From Sedimentisphaerales bacterium (GTDB lineage Bacteria; Planctomycetota; Phycisphaerae; Sedimentisphaerales; Anaerobacaceae), in the NCBI GenBank assembly GCA_963708075.1, contig OY970194.1, positions 7,040,001-7,104,000 on the forward strand: 64,000 nucleotides of DNA, in the 5' to 3' direction. The translations under genes and the position numbers were made by a program. Under the pieces are notes generated by a model. It worked only from the letters and a program-made list of their open reading frames with translations, did no database searches and was not told the DNA's origin. Of this stretch, positions 32,884 through 44,982 are shown piece after piece. Positions within the stretch are counted from its first letter, which is position 1. Every line of letters begins with the position of its first letter.

Positions 32884-33079
32884 CCCGCCAGCGACATTGA
32901 CATCCCGGCCCGCGACCTGGTAGTATGGCATCATGCTTGGTGGGGCTTGGAGCAAGTTCTCCCGCCGGCGCAGTGCCGAGCAGTTACGCGTGCGCAAGAA
33001 GCAAGTTCCTGTCACGTCAATCAGGTGGAAAGGATCATCTGTGGCCTCAACCGCCCTCGGTCGTGATCGTCGCAGGTTC

Positions 33080-33835
33080 ATGGAGCGATGTTCCCACCTT
33101 GCTTTGTCCTTGCTTGGTCTGCTCCTGATCCTTCCCACGACCGGTTGTCAAACCAGCCCAACCAGCCGGTCTGAGTGGACCGCCCTCTTCAACGGCCAAG
33201 ACCTGTCCGGGTGGACGATCAAGTGCCAACCCCAAGACCAGGGCAAAGCCTTTTGGACTGTCGCGGACGGCTCCATTCTCTGCGACTCCATAGGGCGCAA
33301 AGACCACAACTACGTTTGGCTGCTGACCGAAAAGGAATTCGCCGACTTCGAGTTGCGATTGCAGTTCCAGGCCTACAGGGACTCCCCCGGCAACAGCGGT
33401 CTCCAATTCCGCAGTCGGTTTGACGAGACCGCCAACGGCGGTTGGTTGGACGGTCCGCAAGTGGACATCCATCCGCCGGAGTCGATGTCCTGGCGCACTG
33501 GCCTCATCTACGACGAGACGCGCGGAGAGCAGCGCTGGATCTCACCCAGTCTGAAGAACGCGACCATGGATCCCCGCTTCAAGCCGCCGTCCTACGTCTT
33601 CAAGTACGCCGATGACGGCGATGGCTGGAACGAGCTTGTCCTCATTTGCCGGGGAACCCATGTGAAGACGATCCTCAACGGCGCGGTGCGGACCGATTGG
33701 GATGGCGTCGGAGTGCTGGACAATGCCAGCCATGTCCGCCACAACGTGGGCCGGGTCGGCCACTTCGCACTGCAACTCCACACCGGGGACCAACTGCGGA
33801 TACGGTTCCGGGACATCCGGATCAGGGAACTCTAA
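33080..33835 (+). CDS. DUF1080 (3-keto-disaccharide hydrolase-like) lipoprotein
   Basis: LFNGQDLSGW, FADFELRL, NSGLQFRS, GHFALQLH...IRFRDIRIREL. Confidence 0.92.
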   Translation: MERCSHLALSLLGLLLILPTTGCQTSPTSRSEWTALFNGQDLSGWTIKCQPQDQGKAFWTVADGSILCDSIGRKDHNYVWLLTEKEFADFELRLQFQAYRDSPGNSGLQFRSRFDETANGGWLDGPQVDIHPPESMSWRTGLIYDETRGEQRWISPSLKNATMDPRFKPPSYVFKYADDGDGWNELVLICRGTHVKTILNGAVRTDWDGVGVLDNASHVRHNVGRVGHFALQLHTGDQLRIRFRDIRIREL

Positions 33836-33907
33836 CCTTGACGCTCGGGATCCGTCGCCAGGCCGTGTTACACTTCACGTGTTGATCCGCAACCGCACCA
33901 CGACTCA

Positions 33908-36688
<2,781 letters not shown>

Positions 36689-37218
36689 TTACACCTTGTC
36701 TTGGTGGCACTCGTGCCTGACGCCATCCTGTTCCCCGTATCCGGCACTCTCGACCTTGATCCCACTGCTGGGTGTCAGAGCAGATGAGGGCCCAAAATCC
36801 GAGTTCCCGTTTGCAAGGCAATCTTCCTGGCCCTGCCAAACCTGAACGCCAATGAAGAATCCAGGAAACAGAGCACTGATCTGTACCGTGCCTTCGTCGC
36901 GCAGAAAGATATGGAACAACTCAAACTCCGGCTCGCGAGATATTCTCGTCAGATTGTCCAGCACCAAACCGCGTATCGCCGGTACGGGTCCCCGATAGAG
37001 ACGTTTCGCGCCCAAGGACGAACGACTTCGTTAAACGGCCGATAGACCTCGTTGACCGGCAATCGCTTGGCCAGCTTTAGGGCTTCATCAAAGGCTATCG
37101 CCGTTGCTTGCTTCGGATCCGTGGCCCTTGGACTTGCCGCCATGTTGCGAAACGTCTTCGCCGTTCCCTGTTCGTTGTTAGTTGAATTCCTGCCGAGCAG
37201 GCTTCTCCAGAGGCTCAT
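36689..37218 (-). CDS. Hypothetical protein, probable frameshift near 37015
   Basis: RBS AAGGAGG with MSLWRSLLGR; an overlapping downstream frame continues LGAKRLY... to 36689. Confidence 0.55.
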
Positions 37219-37284
37219 GGAACCTCCTTTCACTGCGCTACAGAATCTGAGCAAAGAGAATCACGCATAGACCAACGGCAATCC

Positions 37285-38136
37285 TCATGGTGCAACTCGA
37301 AACACGCTGCCTTTGCCAATGACCATCTCGTGTGTGTCCCAAGCGCGCCAGAAGCAGCGCCGGGGATGAAAAGAGAGACGCAACGTAATGTCGTCCAGAA
37401 ACTCAACAAAGGCAGGCTCTTCAACTCCGTTAGCTTGCCTGAATTCCACTCTGACGCACCCTGGGCCTGGAGCCTCCTCCTTCTTATAAACGCCGTTGTC
37501 TTGGCGAGTAAACAGCTCGCAACTCCAACCTGCGCGCTGCACTAGGAGTAAACAACGCCACCGCGGGAGTTTCCACATGCGCATTGAAAGTACGAGCGGG
37601 GGCTCATCCTCGCGCAGATTCGAACTGCTTATTGAAATCGCGAAGTCAGGCGTAATATAAAGCCCTTTCGACCAATAGCCTCTTCTGCTCTGGTCGAGGA
37701 TGTTCTTCAACGTATAGATCCTCGTGCCCTCCGCGAGCAGGGCACGTCCCCCATCCCCCGATAGCGAGTAGATCTCATACCTAATAGTCTCGCCACGTGG
37801 TTCTTCTGCGCAGGACGTGCGGATACTCTGAGCCACAGATCGCGGCGATACGCCCCTGTCTTCTCCTTGCTTCTGACTGCTCAGTTGCCCGAACATGAGC
37901 AGATAACCACCGCCTTTGCTGGGATCGTTTGTCTCGAGGCGATACGCGCCACTGGCTACCGCCTCATAGTGAGCCGAGGTCATCTTCTCGCCGGACACCA
38001 TCTCTCCCGCCACGATCGTTCTCAGCCTCATTTCGTTCTTTGCAGTCTCGAGGTCAGCCACCCAAAGGCCGCGTATATGTCCATCTTCATCTTTAACAAG
38101 CGCCCACGGTTGCGTACCTTTCCTGTCAATCTGCAT
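37285..38136 (-). CDS. Hypothetical protein
   Basis: Long ORF with a GGGAG RBS before the ATG at 38136; no recognisable motif. Confidence 0.6.
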   Translation of the reverse strand: MQIDRKGTQPWALVKDEDGHIRGLWVADLETAKNEMRLRTIVAGEMVSGEKMTSAHYEAVASGAYRLETNDPSKGGGYLLMFGQLSSQKQGEDRGVSPRSVAQSIRTSCAEEPRGETIRYEIYSLSGDGGRALLAEGTRIYTLKNILDQSRRGYWSKGLYITPDFAISISSSNLREDEPPLVLSMRMWKLPRWRCLLLVQRAGWSCELFTRQDNGVYKKEEAPGPGCVRVEFRQANGVEEPAFVEFLDDITLRLSFHPRRCFWRAWDTHEMVIGKGSVFRVAP

Positions 38137-38244
38137 GGGTATCTCCCGCACCTGCTTGACCCCTCGCTTTCTGTCCCGCGTCTGGAATCCTAATAGAGCC
38201 GTTACTCGGACCATCACCAGATAGGGACATTGTTACGTCCCTTT

Positions 38245-39009
38245 CTACACGGTATACCGTCGTGCTCGTCCTTTGATTTTGGCAACTGCGTTCTTGGCTA
38301 TGTCGCAGACTTCCGGATCAGTCTGCATTGCGTCAAGCAGCGGAATCGCCTCTGCTGCCAATCCGCCGATCTCTCCAAGCGTGAAGGCGGCACTCTCCCG
38401 AACATCACTATCCTGGTCCTGTAGTGCTTTAATAAGTGGCCCCACGGCTGGCTCCCCAAGCGATGCCAACAAGATCATGGCATTGCCGCGTTGCTTCGGC
38501 TCAGCCCTGAACTGACCAATTAGATCCTTTATGTAAGGTACCAACGCAGACCCCCCAATCCACTGCAGGAGAATGAGCGCATGGCCTCCAGAACCTCCTT
38601 GGCCTCGGAGTTGACTGATCAGTTGCTTTATGTGGGGCGCTAAAGCTGGCTGTCCAAGTTTCTGCAACAAGTTGGATGCCATCGCACCGCCTTCTCCCGG
38701 GAGCTTCTCGATCAATTCCTTGACGTGATGCGCAGCGACCTTCTCGAGAACACAAGCAGCACCAGCATCACCGGGCGTGCCCAGCGCATCGAGCAGGTCG
38801 GGAACGGCAACTTCCCCCATTTCTTTAAGAGCAATACTTGAATACACCCGGCCAGGGCCGTGCAGAGCATCTATCAAGTAGTGGATAGCTCTCTGGCCTT
38901 GTGCGGCGATAGCTCTAGCTGCCGCCATTCGTGTCTCATCACTGACCCAAAACCTCCATTTGGGCGCGTTCAACGTTTGGAGCAGTTCTTCGATCTCAGA
39001 TGGTTCCAT
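38245..39009 (-). CDS. HEAT-repeat protein
   Basis: LGEPAVGPLIKALQDQDSDVRESAAFTLGEIG and related repeats. Confidence 0.85.
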   Translation of the reverse strand: MEPSEIEELLQTLNAPKWRFWVSDETRMAAARAIAAQGQRAIHYLIDALHGPGRVYSSIALKEMGEVAVPDLLDALGTPGDAGAACVLEKVAAHHVKELIEKLPGEGGAMASNLLQKLGQPALAPHIKQLISQLRGQGGSGGHALILLQWIGGSALVPYIKDLIGQFRAEPKQRGNAMILLASLGEPAVGPLIKALQDQDSDVRESAAFTLGEIGGLAAEAIPLLDAMQTDPEVCDIAKNAVAKIKGRARRYTV

Positions 39010-39047
39010 AGATTGCACTCCAGCCAACAAAGGGAATCCGAGGCAGT

Positions 39048-39398
39048 TCACGGTAAGGGATATTCGAACGGCCTATCCTCGTTGTCACAAGCATGACAGG
39101 TCCAGTATCGCTTCTGTCCTTTCGCAATTGCTTCACGGATTATCTTGGCCGTTTCCTGTGCCTTCTTCCGGCCGCGTGCCAACGCCTCCGGAGTCCAGTC
39201 TTCCATTGAAGCCACGAGATCCGTCCGAACCGGAACGGAACCGTCGGTGACGATCACAGTCGCCTTGGCCAACTGGAACCCTTGCTCCGTCGTCACAATG
39301 GTCGCATCTTCACCCACCCTGTAGATGTGTCCACACAAAGGGCAAGTCAGCACCCATGCTGCTTGCCCACGACCAAAAAGCGATTTGAATAATCCCAT
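39048..39398 (-). CDS. Small hypothetical protein with two CxxC pairs
   Basis: MGLFKSLFG start; CPLC...CHAC. Confidence 0.7.
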   Translation of the reverse strand: MGLFKSLFGRGQAAWVLTCPLCGHIYRVGEDATIVTTEQGFQLAKATVIVTDGSVPVRTDLVASMEDWTPEALARGRKKAQETAKIIREAIAKGQKRYWTCHACDNEDRPFEYPLP

Positions 39399-39454
39399 TT
39401 CTTACCTGCCTCGGGGAGAATCAAAGCCGTCGGGTAAAGTTCTCATCCCTGCCA

Positions 39455-40006
39455 TCACAAGCCAACCTTTGCTCTCTCTGTCGCAGTCAAGAGGTCAGTC
39501 GGTAGAACGTATAATGGGTCAAAGCCAAGAGCCTCCTTGTCTGGAAACAGTGTGAATTGACAGGCAAACTCAGTTCCATCCCAGAAGAATTGGAAATGCA
39601 TATAGTGGTGGTGAGGGAAGTCACGTTGAACAGCACTCATTGTCGAGTTGAGATAGTCGAAGTACCCGCCGCCGTAGTATGCTTGCCTAGCCTCTTCGAC
39701 AGAGCATGGGAAAACCGAGACGCCGATGAAAAGATCATCCATCGAAGCCCCGCAACTATGCCTTTCGGCGTCCATCAGCGCCTCCTTCATCTTCACCACA
39801 GCAGATCCGCAGATGAATGCCCAGTGCTCCTCCTTCAGTCCCGCAACAGCCGCACGAGCCCAGTCGGCGGCACGACCTGACGGCGATGCTAGCATAACGC
39901 GGGTAAGGTGCTTTTGCACAAGTGTGCTTGGCTGGAATGATCCAATTGCCTCCTGTCGTTCAGAGGTTTTCTTAGTGGCACCAAAGATCGACTTGAATAG
40001 TCCCAT
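39455..40006 (-). CDS. Hypothetical protein
   Basis: MGLFKSIFG start with a GAGGGAG RBS. Confidence 0.7.
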   Translation of the reverse strand: MGLFKSIFGATKKTSERQEAIGSFQPSTLVQKHLTRVMLASPSGRAADWARAAVAGLKEEHWAFICGSAVVKMKEALMDAERHSCGASMDDLFIGVSVFPCSVEEARQAYYGGGYFDYLNSTMSAVQRDFPHHHYMHFQFFWDGTEFACQFTLFPDKEALGFDPLYVLPTDLLTATERAKVGL

Positions 40007-40496
40007 CTATCATACTCCCTCTGGGAATCCCGTTCACCATCTGCTTATTTTGGCGCTTGGCGGTCCGATTCGACGCTCGCACATCCCGGCATCCGAAAAC
40101 AAACTGGGACGTGCTTACTCACGTCCCACAACAGGCACTGGCATGCCTACGCAAGAACGCTTTCGGCACGCCCCAATGCGGGTGCACCTTAGCGCTGCCT
40201 TGTGTCTGAAATTGCCAGTTTCGATGTGGACAGCAGCCGAAGCTACGCAACTGTCATGTAGTGGAAATCAGTTATCCGTTTCTCTCAATGCCTCCATTTC
40301 GAGCGTCTCTTGCCGGTCATGAGCCGGGAATCCCCCGACTTTCAAAACCGGGCTGACATTTTAAGCGAGCCCGCTCAATATGCCAAGGGGACCCGAGCAT
40401 GATTTTTTCACGTTCTTGACATTTTTCATATCTCACTTCAGTGTTTGTGTCGGTGATAAGATAAGAAGAACGTAACCGAAACAGCACGGATTGGCT

Positions 40497-41030
40497 ATGG
40501 GTCAGGACAAACGCACTCTGGACTTCCTGGGGCTCTTCGTGCGGCACCAGCAGGAGATCTATGCCTACATCCTGACTCTGGTGCCCCACGTGAATGACGC
40601 GGATGATTTGTTCCAGGACGGGATGACCGTAATGTGGCGGAAGTTCGATCAGTTCAAGCCGGGGACGAACTTCGCCGCCTGGGGCATTCAAATCATGCGT
40701 TATCAGATTCTCGAGTACCGTCGCAACCTGGCCCGCAGCAAACGAGTCTTGATGGGGGATGCGTTGTTCGATGCACTGATGGACCACATGCCCACTATTC
40801 AGGACGAACTGGCCGCTCGTATAGAGGCCCTGCGCAAGTGTCAGGCCCTCCTGGATGATCGGGCCAAGCGGATCATCAAGATGCGTTATGAGCACAACAC
40901 CCCGGTCGAGGAGGTCGCTTCCTACCTGAAGGTATCTCGCCGTCACGTCTACCACATTCTCGGCCAGATCAATAGTGTGCTGCTGCGATGCATGCGTAGG
41001 ACCTTGGCAGAAGGGAGCCATCCGGTATGA
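40497..41030 (+). CDS. ECF sigma-70 factor (TIGR02989-like)
   Basis: IYAYILTLVP..NDADDLFQ...MWRKFDQF.PGTNFAAW; region 4; coupled to a FecR gene. Confidence 0.92.
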   Translation: MGQDKRTLDFLGLFVRHQQEIYAYILTLVPHVNDADDLFQDGMTVMWRKFDQFKPGTNFAAWGIQIMRYQILEYRRNLARSKRVLMGDALFDALMDHMPTIQDELAARIEALRKCQALLDDRAKRIIKMRYEHNTPVEEVASYLKVSRRHVYHILGQINSVLLRCMRRTLAEGSHPV

Positions 41031-42577
41031 GTATGCCTCCTTTCCCGGACATGGATGAGCTGTTGCAGCGTCTGCTGGACGATCAGATTGAGCCCGACGA
41101 GATGCAGCGTCTTGGGAAGGCCATACGTGAGGACCCCCGAGTGCGGGACTATTATGTCGATAGCATGTTGGCCTGTGCCGTGATCCGCCGCTCCAGTCAA
41201 GTGACCGGGGAACTTTCCAAGTCGGATCTGATCCAGGCGCTCTCAAGCGGCACAAGTCAGGGCGGTTCCAAACGTGTTGTGCGGCACCTCTATGCGATCG
41301 CGGCGATCCTGATACTTGGGACCTTGATCATTGGGTCTCTGAGCTTGTTTCGGCATAAGGCTCAAGGCCCGGCGATTGGCAGCCTGGCCGGCGAGTATGA
41401 GGCTCAATGGCGAGGGTCTCATCCGCGTCCAGGCGAACTCCTGTACGTCGGTCCTTACGATCTGCGCGAGGGTGTGGCAAAGATGGATCTGGACCAGGGG
41501 ACGAGCCTCCTGCTCGAAGCTCCTTGCCAGGTCGAACTGATGGGTGTTGGGGAAGTGACCCTGAGAAATGGCAGGCTTGCCGCGGTGGTCCCTCCACAGG
41601 CAAAGGGTTTTCGAGTGCGAACACGCACGGCCCTCATTACAGACCTGGGTACGGAATTCGGCGTGATCGCCCGCTCCGACGGGAGCACCGAGGCCCATGT
41701 TCTGAAAGGTCAGATCACCGTAGCTCTCGATCCGAACCGATCGGGTCGGGCGACATCGCTCATTGTGAGTGAAGGGCAGGCCACGGCAGTTGACGTAAGC
41801 GGACGGACGATTCGAGGCGGGCTAGCGGCTCGGGCGGACCTCTTCCTCCTCCAACTGCCACCGTCCAGCCAGCCCTCCAGTCCGGTAGGACGACTGAATC
41901 TCGCCGACATCGTGGGCGGAGGCAACGGCCGTGGCACCGGCAGGTTGGATCGAGGCATCGATTTAGGGACCGGCCAGGCCTTCAAGGGTCCCGCGACTAC
42001 GATTCGGCGATCCCGGCGAAACGAGTTCCGGCCGTCGCCGCAGCTTCGTGGCGTTGACGGTGTGTTCGTGCCCAACGGAGCCTTGGGCCCGGTCGTGATC
42101 AGCTCCACCGGATTGACCTTCTCCCAGTGCCCTCAGACGACAGGAAGCTACTATGGTGGCCCGGCCAATAGCGGCAAGTTCTTTGACATCCCCAGTCAAC
42201 AGACCTATACGGTCCGGTTCCATGGCATCAGTTTTGACACGCCTGCACATCCGGCCTTGACCCTCCATCCCAATGCCGGTATCACCTTCGACCTGGACCA
42301 GATTCGCCAGGACAATCCCGATATTCAGATCAGTCGGCTCACCGCCGTGTGCGGCATCCCAAAGGACTTGCCTCACTCTCAGTTCAGCGACGCGGACGTT
42401 TGGGTTCTTCTGGATGGCGTCGTTCGTCTGCACCTGCGCTATCCTGCGGAGCAGAGCGTTATTGAGAAGGTGGACGTACCGATCACCGCCCAGATACGAT
42501 TCCTGACGCTGGTCACTACCTGCTCTGGGCGCGCGGACTATTCCTGGATATTCTTTGGCGATCCGTTTCTGCAGTAA
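41027..42577 (+). CDS. FecR-domain anti-sigma factor with C-terminal NPCBM-like sensor
   Basis: TM segment; GF.VRT..A.ITDLGTEFGV...TEAHVLKG; LNLADIVGGGNG; RFLTLVTT...IFFGDP. Confidence 0.88.
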   Translation: MSMPPFPDMDELLQRLLDDQIEPDEMQRLGKAIREDPRVRDYYVDSMLACAVIRRSSQVTGELSKSDLIQALSSGTSQGGSKRVVRHLYAIAAILILGTLIIGSLSLFRHKAQGPAIGSLAGEYEAQWRGSHPRPGELLYVGPYDLREGVAKMDLDQGTSLLLEAPCQVELMGVGEVTLRNGRLAAVVPPQAKGFRVRTRTALITDLGTEFGVIARSDGSTEAHVLKGQITVALDPNRSGRATSLIVSEGQATAVDVSGRTIRGGLAARADLFLLQLPPSSQPSSPVGRLNLADIVGGGNGRGTGRLDRGIDLGTGQAFKGPATTIRRSRRNEFRPSPQLRGVDGVFVPNGALGPVVISSTGLTFSQCPQTTGSYYGGPANSGKFFDIPSQQTYTVRFHGISFDTPAHPALTLHPNAGITFDLDQIRQDNPDIQISRLTAVCGIPKDLPHSQFSDADVWVLLDGVVRLHLRYPAEQSVIEKVDVPITAQIRFLTLVTTCSGRADYSWIFFGDPFLQ

Positions 42578-42604
42578 GTATTCACTCTTTGGGAGGCTCG
42601 TGTC

Positions 42605-44914
42605 ATGACTGGCACACATCCTACGCTCCTCGCGTTGCTTCTGATCCTATCCGGCAATGTCGCTATCGCGCAGCCGCCGGCGGAGCCGCTGAGCTTGTGG
42701 TATCGCCAGCCGGCCAAGCAGTGGGTCGAGGCTTTGGCGGTGGGCAACGGGCGGCTCGGGGCGATGGTCTTTGGCGGTGTGGCGCAAGAGCGAATCCAAT
42801 TGAATGAAGATACGCTCTGGGCCGGCGGACCGTACGACCCGGCCAATCCCGATGCGCTTGAGGCATTGCCCAAGGTGCGGGAATTGATTTTCGCCGGCCG
42901 GTATCGGGAGGCCGGCAATTTGATCGGTCAGAAGATGATGGCCAAGCCCCTGACTCAAATGGCTTATCAGTGCGTGGGGGACCTGGTACTGGAGTTTCCG
43001 GACGCCAATGGCGTGACGGACTATCGGCGAGACCTCAACCTGGATACGGCCGTGGCCACGGTTGCGTATACGATCGATGGCGCGCGCTACACGCGAGAAG
43101 TCTTCTCCAGCCCCATAGATCAGGTCATCGTGATTCGCTTGAAAGCGGACAAGCCCGGCAAGGTCACGTTCACGGCCAGTATGAAAACGCCACAGAAGGC
43201 GTCGGTGACGGTGGAATCGCCCAATACTCTGGTGATGCAAGGCGCCAACGGAGGGGTTCGGGGGCTTGCCGGCGCACTGAAATATCAGGCCCGCGTGGCC
43301 GTTGCGGCTTCAGGTGGGCGGATTGTGCTAGGCGAGGACCAGATCACCGTCACCGAAGCGGATTCCGCCTTGCTGCTGATCGCGGCGGCGACCAGCTACA
43401 AGAGCTTCAAAGACGTGACCGGTGACCCCGAAGCGCTGACTAAAGGCGCCATCGACAAGGCAAGCAAGAAGTCTTTCGAGACGATGCTCAAGGACCATAC
43501 GGTTGCACATCAGGCGCTGTTTCGTCGCGTGACGCTGGACCTCGGCACGACTCCGGCTGCCCAACGTCCAACGGATGAGCGAATCCGCGATCCCAATAAG
43601 GTGAACGATCCACAACTGGCAGCCCTCTATTTCCAGTTCGGCCGGTATCTGCTGATCAGCAGTTCGCGGCCGGGCTGTCAGCCGGCGAATCTCCAGGGCA
43701 TCTGGAATGACAGCATGAACCCGCCGTGGCAAAGCAAGTACACCATCAACATCAATACTGAGATGAACTACTGGCCGGCCGAGCCGACGAACCTTGGCGA
43801 GTGCGTCGAGCCGCTCGTGGCGATGGTGATGGATCTCACCGAGACCGGCGCCCGCACGGCCAAGACCATGTACAACGCCGGCGGCTGGGTCACCCATCAC
43901 AACACCGACCTGTGGCGGGCCTCTGCTCCGATCGACGGTCCTCAGTGGGGCATGTGGCCGATGGGGGGGGCGTGGCTGTGCCTGCACCTGTGGGATCACT
44001 ACGATTATTCCCGTGACAAGGAGTACCTGGCCAGGGTCTATCCGGCCATGAAGGGGGCGGCGCAGTTCTTTCTCGATACGCTGGTCGAAGAACCCACACA
44101 CAAGTGGCTGGTGACGTGCCCGTCGCTGTCGCCGGAAAATGGGCATCCGTTCGGCACGAGCGTCTGTGCGGGACCCACGATGGACATGCAAATCCTGCGC
44201 GACCTGTTCACCAACTGCATCCGGGCGGCAGAGATCCTGGGCGTCGATGAAGATTTCCGCAAGCAAGCGACCGCCACCCGTCAGCGTCTGGCTCCGAACC
44301 AGATCGGCAGCGCCGGCCAACTCCAGGAATGGCTGGAGGATTGGGACATGAAGGCGCCGGAGATTCACCACCGCCATGTCTCGCACCTCTATGGTTCATA
44401 CCCGAGTGATCAGATTCATGTACGGACCACGCCGGACCTGGCGACCGCCGCTCGCAAGAGTCTGGAGATTCGCGGCGACGAAGCCACCGGCTGGGGCATC
44501 GGCTGGCGGCTGAACCTCTGGGCCCGCCTTCATGACGGCGAGCACGCCTATAAGATCCTCACTATGCTCCTGAGGTCAGAGCGGACCTACCCGAACATGT
44601 TCGACGCCCATCCACCGTTCCAGATCGACGGCAACTTCGGCGGCACCTCCGGCATCGGCGAGATGCTCCTGCAAAGTTGCGCGGGCGAGATTGAGTTGCT
44701 GCCGGCCCTGCCCAGAGCTTGGCCCAACGGCTCCGTCAAGGGCCTTCGCGCCCGCGGCGGCTTCGAACTGGACGTCCAGTGGAAGGAGAGTAAGCTCGTC
44801 AACGTAACCGTGCGTTCGCTCGCCGGCGGGTCCTGCCGGCTTCGCTACGGCGCCGTCACACGAGATTTGAGCTTGGCGAAGGGCCAGAGTGCTCAGTGGG
44901 ATGGAATCAAATGA
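42605..44914 (+). CDS. GH95 glycoside hydrolase (alpha-L-fucosidase/galactosidase-like)
   Basis: GNGRLGAMV, ININTEMNYW, HRHVSHLY, HPPFQIDGNFG. Confidence 0.96.
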   Translation: MTGTHPTLLALLLILSGNVAIAQPPAEPLSLWYRQPAKQWVEALAVGNGRLGAMVFGGVAQERIQLNEDTLWAGGPYDPANPDALEALPKVRELIFAGRYREAGNLIGQKMMAKPLTQMAYQCVGDLVLEFPDANGVTDYRRDLNLDTAVATVAYTIDGARYTREVFSSPIDQVIVIRLKADKPGKVTFTASMKTPQKASVTVESPNTLVMQGANGGVRGLAGALKYQARVAVAASGGRIVLGEDQITVTEADSALLLIAAATSYKSFKDVTGDPEALTKGAIDKASKKSFETMLKDHTVAHQALFRRVTLDLGTTPAAQRPTDERIRDPNKVNDPQLAALYFQFGRYLLISSSRPGCQPANLQGIWNDSMNPPWQSKYTININTEMNYWPAEPTNLGECVEPLVAMVMDLTETGARTAKTMYNAGGWVTHHNTDLWRASAPIDGPQWGMWPMGGAWLCLHLWDHYDYSRDKEYLARVYPAMKGAAQFFLDTLVEEPTHKWLVTCPSLSPENGHPFGTSVCAGPTMDMQILRDLFTNCIRAAEILGVDEDFRKQATATRQRLAPNQIGSAGQLQEWLEDWDMKAPEIHHRHVSHLYGSYPSDQIHVRTTPDLATAARKSLEIRGDEATGWGIGWRLNLWARLHDGEHAYKILTMLLRSERTYPNMFDAHPPFQIDGNFGGTSGIGEMLLQSCAGEIELLPALPRAWPNGSVKGLRARGGFELDVQWKESKLVNVTVRSLAGGSCRLRYGAVTRDLSLAKGQSAQWDGIK

Positions 44915-44982
44915 CGAATGATCGTCCGTCTACCGGCCGCAGCGGGGAACTGATGTGGACTGATCGTTTGAGGAGTATTGCC

